Source of the DNA: Mobula hypostoma
Lineage: Eukaryota
Length of the DNA stretch: 64,000 nt
Assembly (NCBI RefSeq): GCF_963921235.1
Contig: NC_086097.1
Span: 144,772,001-144,836,000 of the forward strand
Reading direction: 5' to 3'
Shown here: positions 1-11,914 of the stretch, one piece after another
Numbering within the stretch: position 1 is the stretch's first letter
How the letters are laid out: each line of letters starts with the position of its first letter
Translations under genes and position numbers: made by a program
The notes under the pieces: model-generated
Told to the model about the DNA's origin: nothing
Seen by the model: the letters and a program-made list of their open reading frames with translations, nothing else
Databases searched by the model: none

Positions 1-89
1 GATGGCCTGGCGCCCTTTTTGGGGCCGGCCCTCTGCCTACGCGCGCTGTTGTGAGCCGGTTCGTGTGTGCCAGAAAGTGGGTCGCCACA
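1..89 (-). repeat. 3' LTR (partial)
   Basis: 87/89 identical to 4064-4152; follows the polypurine tract on the minus strand. Confidence 0.9.
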
Positions 90-91
90 AA

Positions 92-104
92 CCCCCCCCC
101 CCCC
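92..104 (-). promoter_or_regulatory. Polypurine tract
   Basis: G13 on the minus strand, 2 nt before the TG start of the 3' LTR. Confidence 0.85.
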
Positions 105-3100
105 AGAACCGGCGATACCTCCCCCAATGTCCACAGTCTGGATTGGCCTCTGTTTGGGAGGTCTGCCCCTGCGCCGCGGTGCCTGAGCCTGGACCAGTTG
201 CGCCAAGTCCACATGGGCCGGTTTGAGTCGGTCCACCGTGAAAACCTCCTCTCTTCCCCCAATGTCCAGCACGAACGTGGACCCGTTGCTCCTGATCACC
301 CTAAACGGTCCCTCGTAGGGCCGCTGTAGCGGTGCCCGGTGTCCGCCCCGTCGTACAAAAAGAAACTTACAGTTCTGCAGGTCTTTGGGTACGCAGGTCG
401 GGCTCTGTCTGTGCTGTGAAGTGGGTATGGGGGCCAGGTTACCGAGCCTCTCCCGTCGTCTGTCCAGGACTGCTGTGGGTTCTTCCCCTTGCCCCCTTGG
501 GGCTGGTATGAACTCTCCTGGGACGACCAAGGGCGCGCCGTACACCAACTCGGCCGACGAGGTGTGTAGATCCTCCTTGGGCGCCGTGCGGATTCCGAGC
601 AGGACCCAGGGAAGTTCGTCCACCCAGTTAGGCCCCTCCAAGCGGGCCATGAGAGCCGATTTCAGGTGACGGTGGAAGCGCTCCACTAGTCCATTCGACT
701 GTGGGTGGTAGGCAGTTGTGTGGTGTAGCTGTGTTCCTAAAAGGCTGGCCATAGCCGACAACAGGCTGGAGGTGAACTGAGCGCCCCTGTCGGAGGTAAT
801 GTGGGCTGGTACCCCGAAGCGTGCTACCCAGGTTGCGATCAGTGCTCGGGCACAGGATTCGGAGGTGGTGTCGGTGAGCGGGACTGCCTCTGGCCATCTG
901 GTGAACCGGTCTATCATAGTTAGGAGGTACTGCGCTCCTCGCGACACTGGCAGGGGCCCCACGATATCCACATGGAGGTGGTCGAACCTCCAGCGGGTGG
1001 GTTCGAACCGCTGCGGTGGAGCCTTGGTGTGCCGCTGCACCTTGGCCGTTTGGCACTGCATGCACGTTTTGGCCCATTCACTGACCTGCTTACGAAGTCC
1101 ATGCCACACGAACCTGTTGGCGACCAGCCGGACGGTCGTCCTGATGGAGGGGTGCGCTAAGTTGTGAATGGACTCGAAAACCCGCCGGCGCCAGGCTGCT
1201 GGGACAACGGGGCGGGGTTGGCCGGTAGCTACGTCACACAGTAGGGTCCTCTCACCTGGGCCTACGGGGAGGTCTTGGAGCTGCAAACCGGAGACTGCAG
1301 TCCTGTAACTGGGGATCTCAGCATCTGCCTGCTGTGCCTCTGCCAGCGCTGCATAGTCCACCCCCTGGGACAGGGCATGTATGGTAGGTCTGGATAATGT
1401 GTCCGCCACAACGTTGTCCTTTCCAGAGACACGCCGGATGTCCGTCGTGTACTTGGAGATGTAGGACAGATGTCGCTGCTGGCGGGACGACCAGGGGTCA
1501 GACACCTTAGTGAACGCAAAGGTAAGCGGTTTGTGGTCTGTGAACGTGGTGAAGGGCCTACCTTCTAAGAAGTACCTGAAATGCCGGATTGCCAGGTATA
1601 GTGCCAATAGCTTCCGGTGGAAAGCACTGTATTTGAGTTCGGGTGGTCGTAGGTGTTTGCTGAAGAACGCCAGGGGTTGCCAGCGACCCTCGATGAGTTG
1701 TTCCAGCACTCCACCGACCACTGTGTTGGATGCGTCCACCGTGAGGGCAGTAGGAACGTCCATTCTGGGGTGCACTAGCATCGCGGCGTTTGCTAAGGCT
1801 TCTTTGGTTTTAACGAAAGCGGTTGCGGCCTCTTCGTCCCAGGTAATGTCCTTGCCCTTACCCGACATCAGGGTGAACAGGGGGCGCATGGTTCGGGCTG
1901 CTGAGGGGAGGAAACGGTGGTAAAAATTCACCATACCCACGAATTCCTGCAAGCCTTTGATTGTGTTGGGTCGGGGGAAGTGGTGGACCGCGTCTACCTT
2001 GGCGGGCAGCGGGGTTGCCCCGTCTTTAGTAATCCTGTGGCCCAGGAAGTCGATGGTGTCGAATCCGAACTGGCATTTGGCTGGATTGATTGTAAGGCCG
2101 AATTAGCTCAGGCGGGAGTAGAGCTGGCGGAGGTGGGACAGATGCTCCTGCCGACTACTGCTGGCTATGAGGATGTCGTCCAAATAGATGAATGCAAAGT
2201 CCAGGTCGCGTCCCCCCGCGTCCATTAGCCGCTGGAAAGTCTGTGCGGCATTCTTCAGACCAAACGGCATTCGGAGGAATTCGAAAAGTCCGAACGGGGT
2301 GATAAGTGCTGTTTTGGGGATGTCGTCCGGATGTACAGGGATTTGATGGTATCCCTGGACGAGGTCTACCTTGGAAAAGATCCTTGCGCCGTGTAGGTTT
2401 GCTGCGAAGTCTTGAATGTGCGGCACAGGGTAGCGGTCTGGCGTTGTAGCCTCGTTCAGTCTGCGGTAGTCACCGCATGGTCTCCAGCCCCCCATTGCCT
2501 TGGGCACCATGTGAAGGGGGGGAGGCCCATGGGCTGTCGGACTGTCATATGATCCCTAATTCCTCCATCTTCTTGAACTCCTCCTTCGCCAGTCGGAGCT
2601 TGTCCGGGGGAAGCCTTCGAGCACGAGCGTGGAGGGGTGGTCCCTGGGTCGGGATGTGGTGCTGTACTCCGTGTCTGGGCATGGCTGCCGTGAACTGCGG
2701 TGTCAGTACTGATGGGAAATCCGCCAGGACCCTGGTGAATTCATCGTCGGACAGCGTGATGGAGTCCAGGTGTGGGGCTGGCAACTGTGCTTCACCCAGG
2801 GAGAACGTTTGAAAAGTCTTGGCGTGGACTAATCGCTTCCCTTGCAGGTCGACCAGCAGGCTGTGGGCTCGTAGAAAATCTGCCCCCAGCAGTGGTTGGG
2901 CCACGGCGGCCAGTGTGAAGTTCCACGTGAACCGGCTGGAGCTGAACTGTAGCCGCACCGTGCGGGTGCCGTAGGTTCGTATTGTGCTGCCATTAGCGGC
3001 CCTCAGGGTGGGTCCCGGTTCTCTGTTGCGGGTGTCGTAACTCTTTGGAGGTAAGACGCTGATCTCCGCTCCGGTGTCGACCAAAAAGCGGCATCCCGAC

Positions 3101-3134
3101 TGCTTGTCCCAGACGTACAGGAGGCTGTCCTGAT

Positions 3135-3180
3135 GGCCAGCCGCCGTAGCCATCAGCGGCGGCTGGCCCTGGCGTTTCCC
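3135..3180 (-). promoter_or_regulatory. Predicted -1 ribosomal frameshift signal (gag-pol)
   Basis: G GGA AAC heptamer (3180-3174) in gag frame, 5-nt spacer, perfect 12-bp stem GGCCAGCCGCCG/CGGCGGCTGGCC; pol is in the -1 frame. Confidence 0.8.
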
Positions 3181-3827
3181 GGGAATTTGCAGGGCGGTCT
3201 GCAGCAGCGGGCCTCTGTGCCCCACCGCTGGTGGTAGAAACACCATTGTTCGTTGGGCTCTGCTGCCGGGCCTGGTCTGGTCTGTCGTTGGGCATGCAGC
3301 TTGGTGATCTGTGCGATGGATGCCCCTCTCTCTTTCCTGGCAATCCACAGCACATCTGCTCGGGCCGCCACCTCCCGGGGGTCGCCGAAATCTGCGTCGG
3401 ACAGCAGCAGGCATATGTCCTCGGGCAGTTGCTCTAGGAACGCCTGCTCAAACATGAGGCAGGGTTTGTGTCCTTCAGCCAGGGCCAGCATCTCGTTCAT
3501 TAATGCTGACGGCGGCCTGTCTCCCAAACCATCCAGGTGCATTAAGCGGCGTGCTCGTTCGCGCCATGAGAGTCCAAAAGTCCTTATGAGCAGGGCTTTG
3601 AATGCTGTGTATTTGCCGTCCTCCGGGGGCGACTGTATAAACTGCTCAACTTGAGCAGCAGTCTCCTGGTCGAGGGAGCTCAGCACGTAGTAGTAGCGAG
3701 TGGACTCCGAGGTTATCTGCTGAATGTGGAATTGTGCTTCTGCTTGTTCGAACCATAATTGGGGTCGCAGCGTCCAGAAGCTTGGCAGTTTTAACGAAAC
3801 TGTGTGAACAGATGCAGCGTCGGTCAT
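3153..3827 (-). CDS. gag: Gag (about 224 aa) with CHCC knuckle
   Basis: Open ORF MTDAASVHTVSLKLPSFW...WFEQAEAQF..., with C-terminal CFYHQRWGTEARCCRPPC = C-X2-H-X9-C-X3-C. Confidence 0.85.
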   Translation of the reverse strand: MTDAASVHTVSLKLPSFWTLRPQLWFEQAEAQFHIQQITSESTRYYYVLSSLDQETAAQVEQFIQSPPEDGKYTAFKALLIRTFGLSWRERARRLMHLDGLGDRPPSALMNEMLALAEGHKPCLMFEQAFLEQLPEDICLLLSDADFGDPREVAARADVLWIARKERGASIAQITKLHAQRQTRPGPAAEPNEQWCFYHQRWGTEARCCRPPCKFPGNARASRR

Positions 3828-3853
3828 CTCTGGTCCAAATATCGTTTGGGCCA

Positions 3854-3865
3854 TCGGCGTCACCA
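3854..3865 (-). promoter_or_regulatory. Primer binding site, tRNA-Trp type
   Basis: Minus strand TGGTGACGCCGA, 2 nt inside the LTR; 11/12 match to the tRNA-Trp PBS TGGTGACCCCGA. Confidence 0.8.
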
Positions 3866-3867
3866 AT

Positions 3868-4152
3868 TGTAGCGATGTGCTACACACAGCGCTAGAATAA
3901 CCACACGGAGTTGGTGAGTTAGAGTTGCGATGAAAAAGATTTATTCAAACTTTGCGGCCCGCTTTAAAGCCTTCCCGTTCCCGTCCTCCCTGGGCGGGAC
4001 TGCTGTGGGGAATGCATATTCCCAGATCCTTTCTGCGCGCGGGATTTTCCCCCTGCTGGTGAAGATGGCCTGGCGCCCTTTTTGGGGCCGGCCCTCTACC
4101 TGCGCGCGCTGTTGTGAGCCGGTTCGTGTGTGCCAGAAAGTGGGTCGCCACA
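3868..4152 (-). repeat. 5' LTR (285 bp)
   Basis: Termini TGTAGCGA...TCGCCACA (TG..CA, imperfect inverted ends). Abuts the PBS, with AT-richer host DNA beyond 4152. Confidence 0.9.
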
Positions 4153-4969
4153 ATACCATTAATATTACATCAAAGAAGAGGAAGGGTAAAGAAGATGAAG
4201 GAGAGGGATTGAAGTTAGAAATAAGTAAATGAACAAAGTCAGAAATAAAATCAAATGTAGGTTGGATGTCAATGTAATCAGTGGAGTGGGTGGAATAGTT
4301 GAAGAAACAGAGCAAACACCAAATAAGCAATGAAAGTCGAAGAAGCAACAGATGCAACAATACAGCCACAGAGATAAAGAGACAGAAATAGCAATTAAGT
4401 GGCAGAGGAGACAGATGTCAATGATACAGTATACGACCGTTCTATAATATTCCTACACACCCAGTTCAGCAGTAATGTTTTTTCTCTTTCCTTCAGTTTA
4501 CAGATTAGAAATCCTGACCCAAGCATAATTCTGATCCAAGGATAGTTACTTTGGCAGTACTGGTTTATAGATTCGTCAGAATGCAGCTCTCTTCAGCAAT
4601 CATTAATGTTCAAAGAAAACCAAATAGAAGTTGTTTTTGAGTGTCCAAAACAGGTACCGATTTCATCATCTGTTCTCAATCTTTAACCACCTGAGGGCTG
4701 GGAACAAAACATTGCAGACTTTTTGAAATAAACTCAATGAGTTGTCAATTTTGGGAAATAAACCAGTGATTATTTTAAAAATCTTCTATCGGAGATGATT
4801 TTTCGTCCATATAATGTGAAGTTCTCCTGAAGAAGCCAAAATTAAAGGAAAACAAGAGTAATTTTAGGATCTTACACTGAATATGTGCTCCGGCTTAAAT
4901 AACTTATTCTCAGGGCATCAAACCTCTTTGAGTCTCCCTTCAAAAATTGGAACTGATTTATTATTGTCA

Positions 4970-5435
4970 TATTTACTAAGATTCGGTGAAAAGCTTTTCT
5001 TGTTGGGGGAAGGAAAAGTGTACAAACTGGAAGGTTATAGGTGAATCCAAGCAGATGGGGATGAAGAAGCTGGGAGGTGAAAGGCTGGAGAAGAAGGAAC
5101 CTTCTTCCCAGAAGGAGAGTGGACCGTGGGAGAAAGAGAAGGTGGAGAGGCATCAGAGAGAAGTGATAGGCAGGTGAGAAGTAAAGTGGGGGGGAACAGA
5201 ATGGGGAGTTGAAGAAGAGTGAAGAGGGAGGGGGGAGAATTACACTGTTGGAAGAATCAATGTTCATGCCATTAGGTTGGAGGCTACCCAGTCAGAATAT
5301 GAAGTGCTGCTCCTCCAACCTGAGCGTGGCTGCACCATGGCAGTAGGGGAGGCCATGGGCCAATATTTTAGAATGAGAATGGAGATCAGAGGTAAAATGG
5401 TTGGCCACCAGAAAATCCTCCTTTTTGTGGATGGA
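4970..5435 (-). mobile_element. Penelope-like element 3' fragment (GIY-YIG C-terminus and pyrimidine-rich UTR), degraded
   Basis: Minus strand resembles ...RLEEQHFIF*LGSLQPNGMNIDSSN, homologous to 28400-28500. Confidence 0.75.
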
Positions 5436-7009
5436 GACTGAAAGATCCAAAGTCTCTCTTTTATAGGAGACTATTTTATAGTTTTATAACAACAGGGCCT
5501 TATGGTATGTGCTTTCAGACTATCCTGTTATCTGCCCAATAAGAGAGGGTAGAAGAGAGAATGTCCGGGGTGGGTGGGTCTTTGATATGCTGGCTGCTTT
5601 ACTGCGTTCCATTCCGTAAATACCAAAGTGGAAAGGATGATTAAAGAAAAAAATAAATGCTCATGAAAGTAGTCATGATCTGTCTAACTTGGTCCTCTAA
5701 AACATGAACTTCTGCGAGACACTTTAAATATGGATAATATGTTTGTGTAACATGTCACTCAAATAGCAATAAAATTTAAATTCACGTGCGTGTTCTTGAT
5801 TGATGCTTTTTCAAATGGAGATTAAACAGAATTTAGAGAAGCCAAATAGATTGATCTCTGTGCTAATGTCTTTCCTATTTTTAATTATTTCCCAATGTTT
5901 GGCAGACTTTGACAGTCATGATGTTTATTCTGAATCTGCTAATTCTTACTTTGCCTGAGAAGGGGGCTTTCCATACTTCAGAAGTTGGACCAATGTGATC
6001 AGCTCTCCAGTCACATTTTAGCCAGGCTAGATAGAATCAGCCAATTTCCTTCTTTGGAGTACCTAAGCAGACCAACTGGGTATACAACAAATGTGTAATA
6101 GCTTATGGTCATTTCTACTTCTATCAATTTTTGTTCAATATTCTAGCAAAAAACAATCTCCAGAATTATTTTTTTGGACTCCACAGTAAAATTTGCCCTC
6201 AATCTTATTTTCAGCTGAGCAAGATAATCACAACACAACACTCACAAAGTTATGAAAAAAAAATGCCTTGCTAGCCTTCTTACCAGCTAGTATGGGGTTC
6301 TCTTATGTGCCGAGTAGAAACAGACAATAGGTTAACGTGAATACTTGCTCGTATCAATCAATGTCCCATTGAGTTAGAACTAACTGTGTTGTTCTTTGGC
6401 TTGATGCATGAGTTGGCAGTCATTCTGAAATTGAGTCTGGCCTGGGAAACAAAAGGATGGTGTTATGTGGGAGAACACTGGCACCAAAACAATTGGATGC
6501 TGCCCCGGAGGTCCTGGTGCAAAAGGTGCAAGAGAAGAGAGTTATCCTGCAGGAGAGATTAGCAAGGGCCTGAGAAGACTCCCAAATCTATGCAAAACAA
6601 GAAAAGGGAACTTTTAACCATGGATGTCAATACCTGGACGCAAGCCCAGAGCGTTTATATAAAATAGGTGACAAAGAGTATCATCAAAGACAGAGAATGC
6701 TTCTTATATCCCTCATCCTGTCAAGCATTCTGTCGATCACAACACTTTATAATTCATCAATCTCTTATTACTCACCTACACACAATCACTGTCATCTGGA
6801 GTTCATAACTAACTTGCAGAAGAAGCTGATGTGAATCAAGAAATGCTTGGTGCAGTAGGTAGGAAGCCTTTCAGAACATGAATAAACCTGTCACAATTAG
6901 GGCACAGGACTTCATAAGAATATGGAAGTGCAGAAGAATTCTGCGCACCTGACTCCCAAGGCTTGAACATCCTGACAACTGTCTAACCATGGCAGCCATT
7001 TTACCTAGA

Positions 7010-7287
7010 TGTAGGGTGGTTGGCACAACACTTTAGAGTACAGATGACCTGTGTTCAATTCCCACTGCTGCCTGTAAGCAGTTTGTATATTCTCCTCCTG
7101 ATCACACGGGCTCTTTTGAGTGTTGTGGTTTCCTCCCACAGTTACAAAGATGTACTGGTTGGTAGGTTAATTGGACATTGTAAATTATCCTGTGATTAGG
7201 CCAGGGTTGAATCGGTGCACTGCTGGGAGGAGCTGCTCAATGGGCCAGAGGGGCCGGTTGTGCACTATGTCTCAATAAATAAATAAT
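7010..7287 (+). mobile_element. V-SINE (HE1-like tRNA-derived SINE)
   Basis: tRNA-like head (gttcaattcc), V-domain-like ggtttcctcccaca...ggtaggttaattgg, CR1-like tail ending aataaataaataa. Confidence 0.8.
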
Positions 7288-7945
7288 TGCACAAAACACA
7301 TTGCTACCCTACACCGTCACTTGCACAATGAGATAAGCAGAGAAGGACTGCAATACCACCAATGAAAAGATGTTGTTGGCTAATTTTGTCACGATAATTA
7401 CAGAGGCTCGGTAGCTGCGAGTTGGAAACCTTTAGAGGTGACACCATATGCAAAACTAAACCGTCTTTTCATATTTTAAATCCCCTTCAATAAAACTTGC
7501 TTCTTAGTTAGAGCTGCTGATAGTGCACACCAACAATTCTTGATTCCACCCCACTCCCCAACAATCTCCTTTACCACAATCCAGGACCCTTTATCAGTCC
7601 ATTCACTGAAGCACTGCATTCTGGCCACGAATAGCAGCAGCAAAAAAAAAAAAAAAATTGATGAAGGCATCCCAGAGCTCAATTATTCACTTATAGTCAC
7701 CATCTTAGAACCTGATATACCCCACTGGGAAAATACAGAGATGAGATCTACATCTTGTGAGGTGTTGGAGCAAGTGTCCGAAGGGGCAAATTTAGCTCAG
7801 ACACAGTCCATCAGTGAGCAAGATTGACAGCGGCTTTGCTGCAGATTATTGAGGTTTGGACTTAGATGGATAAAATTGTGATGGAAGAAGTTGATGGGAA
7901 TCATGAAGTGTTTTGCACAGTTGAAAGTTTTTGAGAATATCTAGT

Positions 7946-8026
7946 TGCAGTAATGAGCATTGAATAATGCAGTAATAATGAGTAATAATAATGCAGTAAT
8001 AATGAGCATTGAATAATGCAGTAACT
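7946..8026. repeat. Short imperfect tandem duplication
   Basis: Repeated tgcagtaat(aat)gagcattgaataa units. Confidence 0.8.
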
Positions 8027-8399
8027 GAGTATGCCACAGGACTGTGCAGAAGGGTAAGATCTTGGCTTTTCCAGTGGGGAAAAGAAATCACTTTACCAGC
8101 ATCACTGGTACTACACCAACTGTACAAATGGATAGGAATATAGATCACTTTCTGCCTTCTTCCATCTCTTCCTCCTCCTTCCGCTCAACTGGTGATTATT
8201 GTTCATTTGGTAACCAGGGAAATAAAAAATAATTTTCACAACCACAAGGACAGCCCCGGCAATGTGACCCTGTACTACTCTGCATTTAGGCAGCGGATTT
8301 CCGTAAAAGTGTCCTTATTGAAATACAGGCACTTCTTTCACTCCTCTGGCCTGTGAGTTGATTTTGGAGAATTGCCTTCATCACACATTAGGTAGCATT

Positions 8400-9370
8400 A
8401 ACAGACTAGGTTGACCTAGACAAACAGTACACATATATTAATTGACTACAGCTCAACCTATAACAACATCATACCCTCAAAACTTGTTACCAGGTTCCAA
8501 AACATCGGCCTCTGTACTTCCCTCTGCAACTGGATCTTCAACTTCTGCACTGCGAGACCCTAATTTGTACAGGTCTTAAAACTCACCTCCTCCTCACTGA
8601 CCTCAGTGCTGTGTGCTTAGCCGCTTGCTCCGCTCTCTCTATACCTACGGTTGTGCGGCTAAGCATAGTTACAATTTCATCTATAAATTTACTGATGACA
8701 CCACCGTTTTTGAGAGAATCGTGGATGTTGAAAAGGAGGCATGCAGGAGTGGATAGGTCAGGTGACTGAATGATATAATAACAATAACCTTGTACTCAAC
8801 ATCGTCAGAACCAATCGTGGAATTCAGGAAGGGGGAACCTAGCAAGCTAACAGCAGTCCTCATTGAAGGGTCTGCAGTGGACAAAGTGTGCAGCTTCAAT
8901 GACCTGGGTATCTCGGAGGATTTGTCCTGGGCCCAGTACATAGATGCAACCATGAAGAGGGTGTGTACAGTGAAAGCGTCACGGCCTGAATGGAAAACCC
9001 ATTGTAGAGAAATCCAGGAGGCTACAGAACATCACAGGAACAGCTCTCCCCACCATCAAATACATTGACAAAGGCAAGATCTCAGGAAAATCATATCCAT
9101 CATTAAGGATACCGGCCTTCTGGGACATCAGGTTTTTGAATTGCCCCGAAAAACACTAATTCTACCTTGGACTATATTTCCCTCAACTTGCACTAATGTG
9201 TTATATTTTATTTTGTTTAGCTATATGAATGATGTATAATTTATATTAACTTTATTGATGTAATTTATCCTTGTCACATTTGTGACGTGCTGAGCTGCTG
9301 CTGCAAAAAGCTAAATTTTCCTGTCACTTATACACTGGGTATGTGTTCTCATGGCAATAAACTTGAAGTT
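8400..9370 (+). mobile_element. Rex1/Babar-like LINE 3' part, degraded
   Basis: IDYSSTYNNIIPSKL, LCNWI, YKFTDDTTV RT remnants; tail caataaacttgaa. Confidence 0.8.
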
Positions 9371-10649
9371 CAGATTTTTGACTTCGATTGTTCCGATGCA
9401 GGGTCTTGTCTTGAAATGTAGAGAATTTCTTTCCCCCCACAGATGCTCACTGACCTGCTGAGCTCCTGCAGCAGTTTGTAATTTGGCTCATTATATAATG
9501 TTAACTGTTGAGTTAAAATTCAGTCATTGGTTTCAGAGTATGAATTTTCCCAAGCTATACCTCTGGCAGACAGGCTCTCAAATCTTCTTCGTCTCAAGCA
9601 GACCCACTGCTGTTAGGCTGTATTCAATAAGTGGAAGCATGGTTATCAGTCAAGCCTTAATACTATCTCGTCTCACCAAGGACCAAGTGATAACAACACA
9701 TCTGGGTGTCTTCATTTCCATTAGTGACTCATGCCAGCTTATACAAGAAGCTGGCTGTGGAATAGGCTTCTTTGCTTTGAAACAGTGGAGGGAAGGACCT
9801 TGAATCTATTGTCATTCCCTGTACACTGAGCTTCGAGTGACCTCACAGGAAGGGTGCTCCTACTCCTCAGCAGCTTATTTCTGTGAGAATTACAACCCAG
9901 CCCTCTTAGTCACCTTCTGTTCAGCATCCTCTGTGACTCACAAGGGGCTGTCAGGGAACGGACATTCTCACAACCTCACCTCTGCCTTGGTTAGCCACAG
10001 GAGATTTAGCTAGAGTACAGAGCTCAGGCCTTCTGTGCAGTTCTGCTGAGGAATGAGTGTAAAATAATTTGGGATTTTACTTCTGTTCCATCAAGATAAC
10101 AAAATATACACACTACAACATGTTGATTATATAGGAGCATGATACAAGGTACAAGACACACTAAGAGTTTCTATTCCTGATCCTTGCCATTTATTGCAAT
10201 CTTGACTGGCGACCCTGTGGGAGAAGGAAATATATTTAGTTTACGTCACACTATATTATGCTGGACTTGAAATACAATGGATTACATCCCAGCTGATAAG
10301 AAGTTTGTATGGCAAAGGGAAATTTGCTGCAATAAATCAGCTGCATAATAACCACGTCATATTGTATTGAGTCTAAACTTCTTACGGACCAGCTGTAACT
10401 GAGAATGACAGTATGGAATTAAATCAGAAAAAGCTGGAAACACTCAGCATGACTGTGTAGGAGGAAAGGGTTAGATTGATCTTAGAGTAGGTTAAAATTT
10501 CAGCACAACATTGTGGGCCCAAGAACCTGTATTGTGCAGTAGTGTTCTATGTTCTATGTCCTAGGTTAGGCAGCATCTATGAAAAGAACAGAAAACATTG
10601 TATAATTTTACAGATCTTCCTCAGGAATAACAACTATTAAATTGGCATA

Positions 10650-11530
10650 TTGGTAAATTGGTTTATTATTGTCACATATACTGAAGAGTAGCACAAAACT
10701 TGGTTTTGATTGCCACCCATGCAAATCATTTCACTACAACAGTGTATTGAGGGAAAGCAATAAGAGAATGCAGAATAAAGTGTCATTTGCAGAGAAAGCA
10801 GAGATAGTAAAATGCAACGTCACAATGAGGTATGTTGTGAAGTCACGAGTCCATGGTAATGTATTTATCATTCAGTAATCTTTTCACAGTGGGATAGAAG
10901 CTGTCCTTGTATCTGACAGTATATGCTTCCAGTCTTTTGAACCTTCTGCCCGATGGGAGTGGGGGGTGGGGGTTGGAAACGGAGAATGTCCAGGTTAGGT
11001 GGGGTCTTGGATTGTGTTAGCTGCTTTATCGAGGAATAAGAGTTGTAGTCCATGGAGGGGAGGCTAGTTTCTGTGATGTGCTGAGCTACGCAACATTCTC
11101 TGTAGTTCCTTCTGGTCTCAGGCAGAGCAGTTGCCATACCGAGTAATCAAGCATCCAGATAGGATGCTTTCTACAATGTATTGATAAAAATTGGTGAAGG
11201 AGACATGCCAAACTTCTTTAGCCTCCTGAGGAAGAAGAGGTGCGCTTTCTTAGTCATGGCATCTTTGGATCAGCAAAGGCAATTGATAATATTCACTCCT
11301 AAGAACTTGAAGCTTCCAACTCTCTTGATCCCAGAGACCTCAATCTGTCCTTGCTGATTTTGGTCTATTGGCCAGGAATTCAGGGATCCAGTAATAAATG
11401 GATGTGTTGAGCACCAGGTCTAGGAGCTTAGAAATGAGTTTGCTTGGAATTACAGAAATGAAGGCAGAACTGTAGTTAATAATCAACAGTCTAATGAAGG
11501 TGTCTGTGCTGTCCAGATGCTCCAGAAATA
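10650..11530 (-). mobile_element. Rex1/Babar-like LINE 3' fragment
   Basis: Homologous to 60590-61950; begins with the tail ...ggtttattattgtcaca. Confidence 0.75.
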
Positions 11531-11914
11531 AATGAGATGGTGTTGCTGATAAATAGCATTATCGGTGAATAAATAAACTATTACGTTTAATTTGCACACC
11601 AGGACTGCAAGGAATAGGGGAAAAGAACAAATATAATCTGAAAGGCGACACAAGAGACTGAAGTTGATGGAATCTGGAGCAACAAACAACTACTAAAAGA
11701 GTCAAGGGTCAAGCAGCACTTTTGGGAGGCAATGGAATTGTTAATGTTTCAGGAAGGTCCTAATACAGGGTTTTGACCAGGTTATTTATTGCTCAAAAAA
11801 TGTGGAACATTTGCGTGGTCATCAGTTTATTCTGTGAAATGTTAAAATAGAAAAAGAAAGAGAGAGGGGATAAAAGTAGAAAGATAACAAATAAAAAAAT
11901 AGGAGAAGCAGAAA

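Larger units (their letters stand above)
3..3180 (-). pseudogene. pol: Pol polyprotein (protease, RT, RNase H, integrase) with three frame lesions
   Basis: Motifs [66 protein letters not shown]. Lesions: TGA 2545-2547, extra base in G-run 2516-2522, TAA 2103-2105. The frame appears open from 2102 to the window edge. Confidence 0.9.
1..4152 (-). mobile_element. Ty3/Gypsy LTR retrotransposon, CsRn1 clade, near full length (3' LTR cut by window edge)
   Basis: 1-89 is a direct repeat of 4064-4152 (2 mismatches). gag-PR-RT-RH-IN order on minus strand, with PBS and PPT adjacent to the LTRs. Confidence 0.95.
6470..8330. mobile_element. Probable ancient PIF/Harbinger transposon fossil (Myb/SANT-like remnant on +, nuclease C-terminal remnant on -)
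   Basis: From 6481 the + strand reads APKQLDAAPEVLVQKVQEKRVIL, like the APRFSD..LEALV..V..RR start of Harbinger Myb proteins. About 8150-8300 on minus gives IRCLN... plus a purine-rich tail like the FRCLD region of Harbinger nucleases. Confidence 0.4.

Noticed and set aside
2..4369. Numerous plus-strand and alternative-frame ORFs over the Gypsy element
   Set aside because: Shadow ORFs of GC-rich gag/pol and LTR sequence.
4497..4653. Strong polypyrimidine-AG acceptor followed by a GT donor
   Set aside because: Early stops in the frames I read; no support as a coding exon.
7010..7070. tRNA-like A/B box sequences here and at 48600-48672
   Set aside because: These are SINE heads, with no full cloverleaf.
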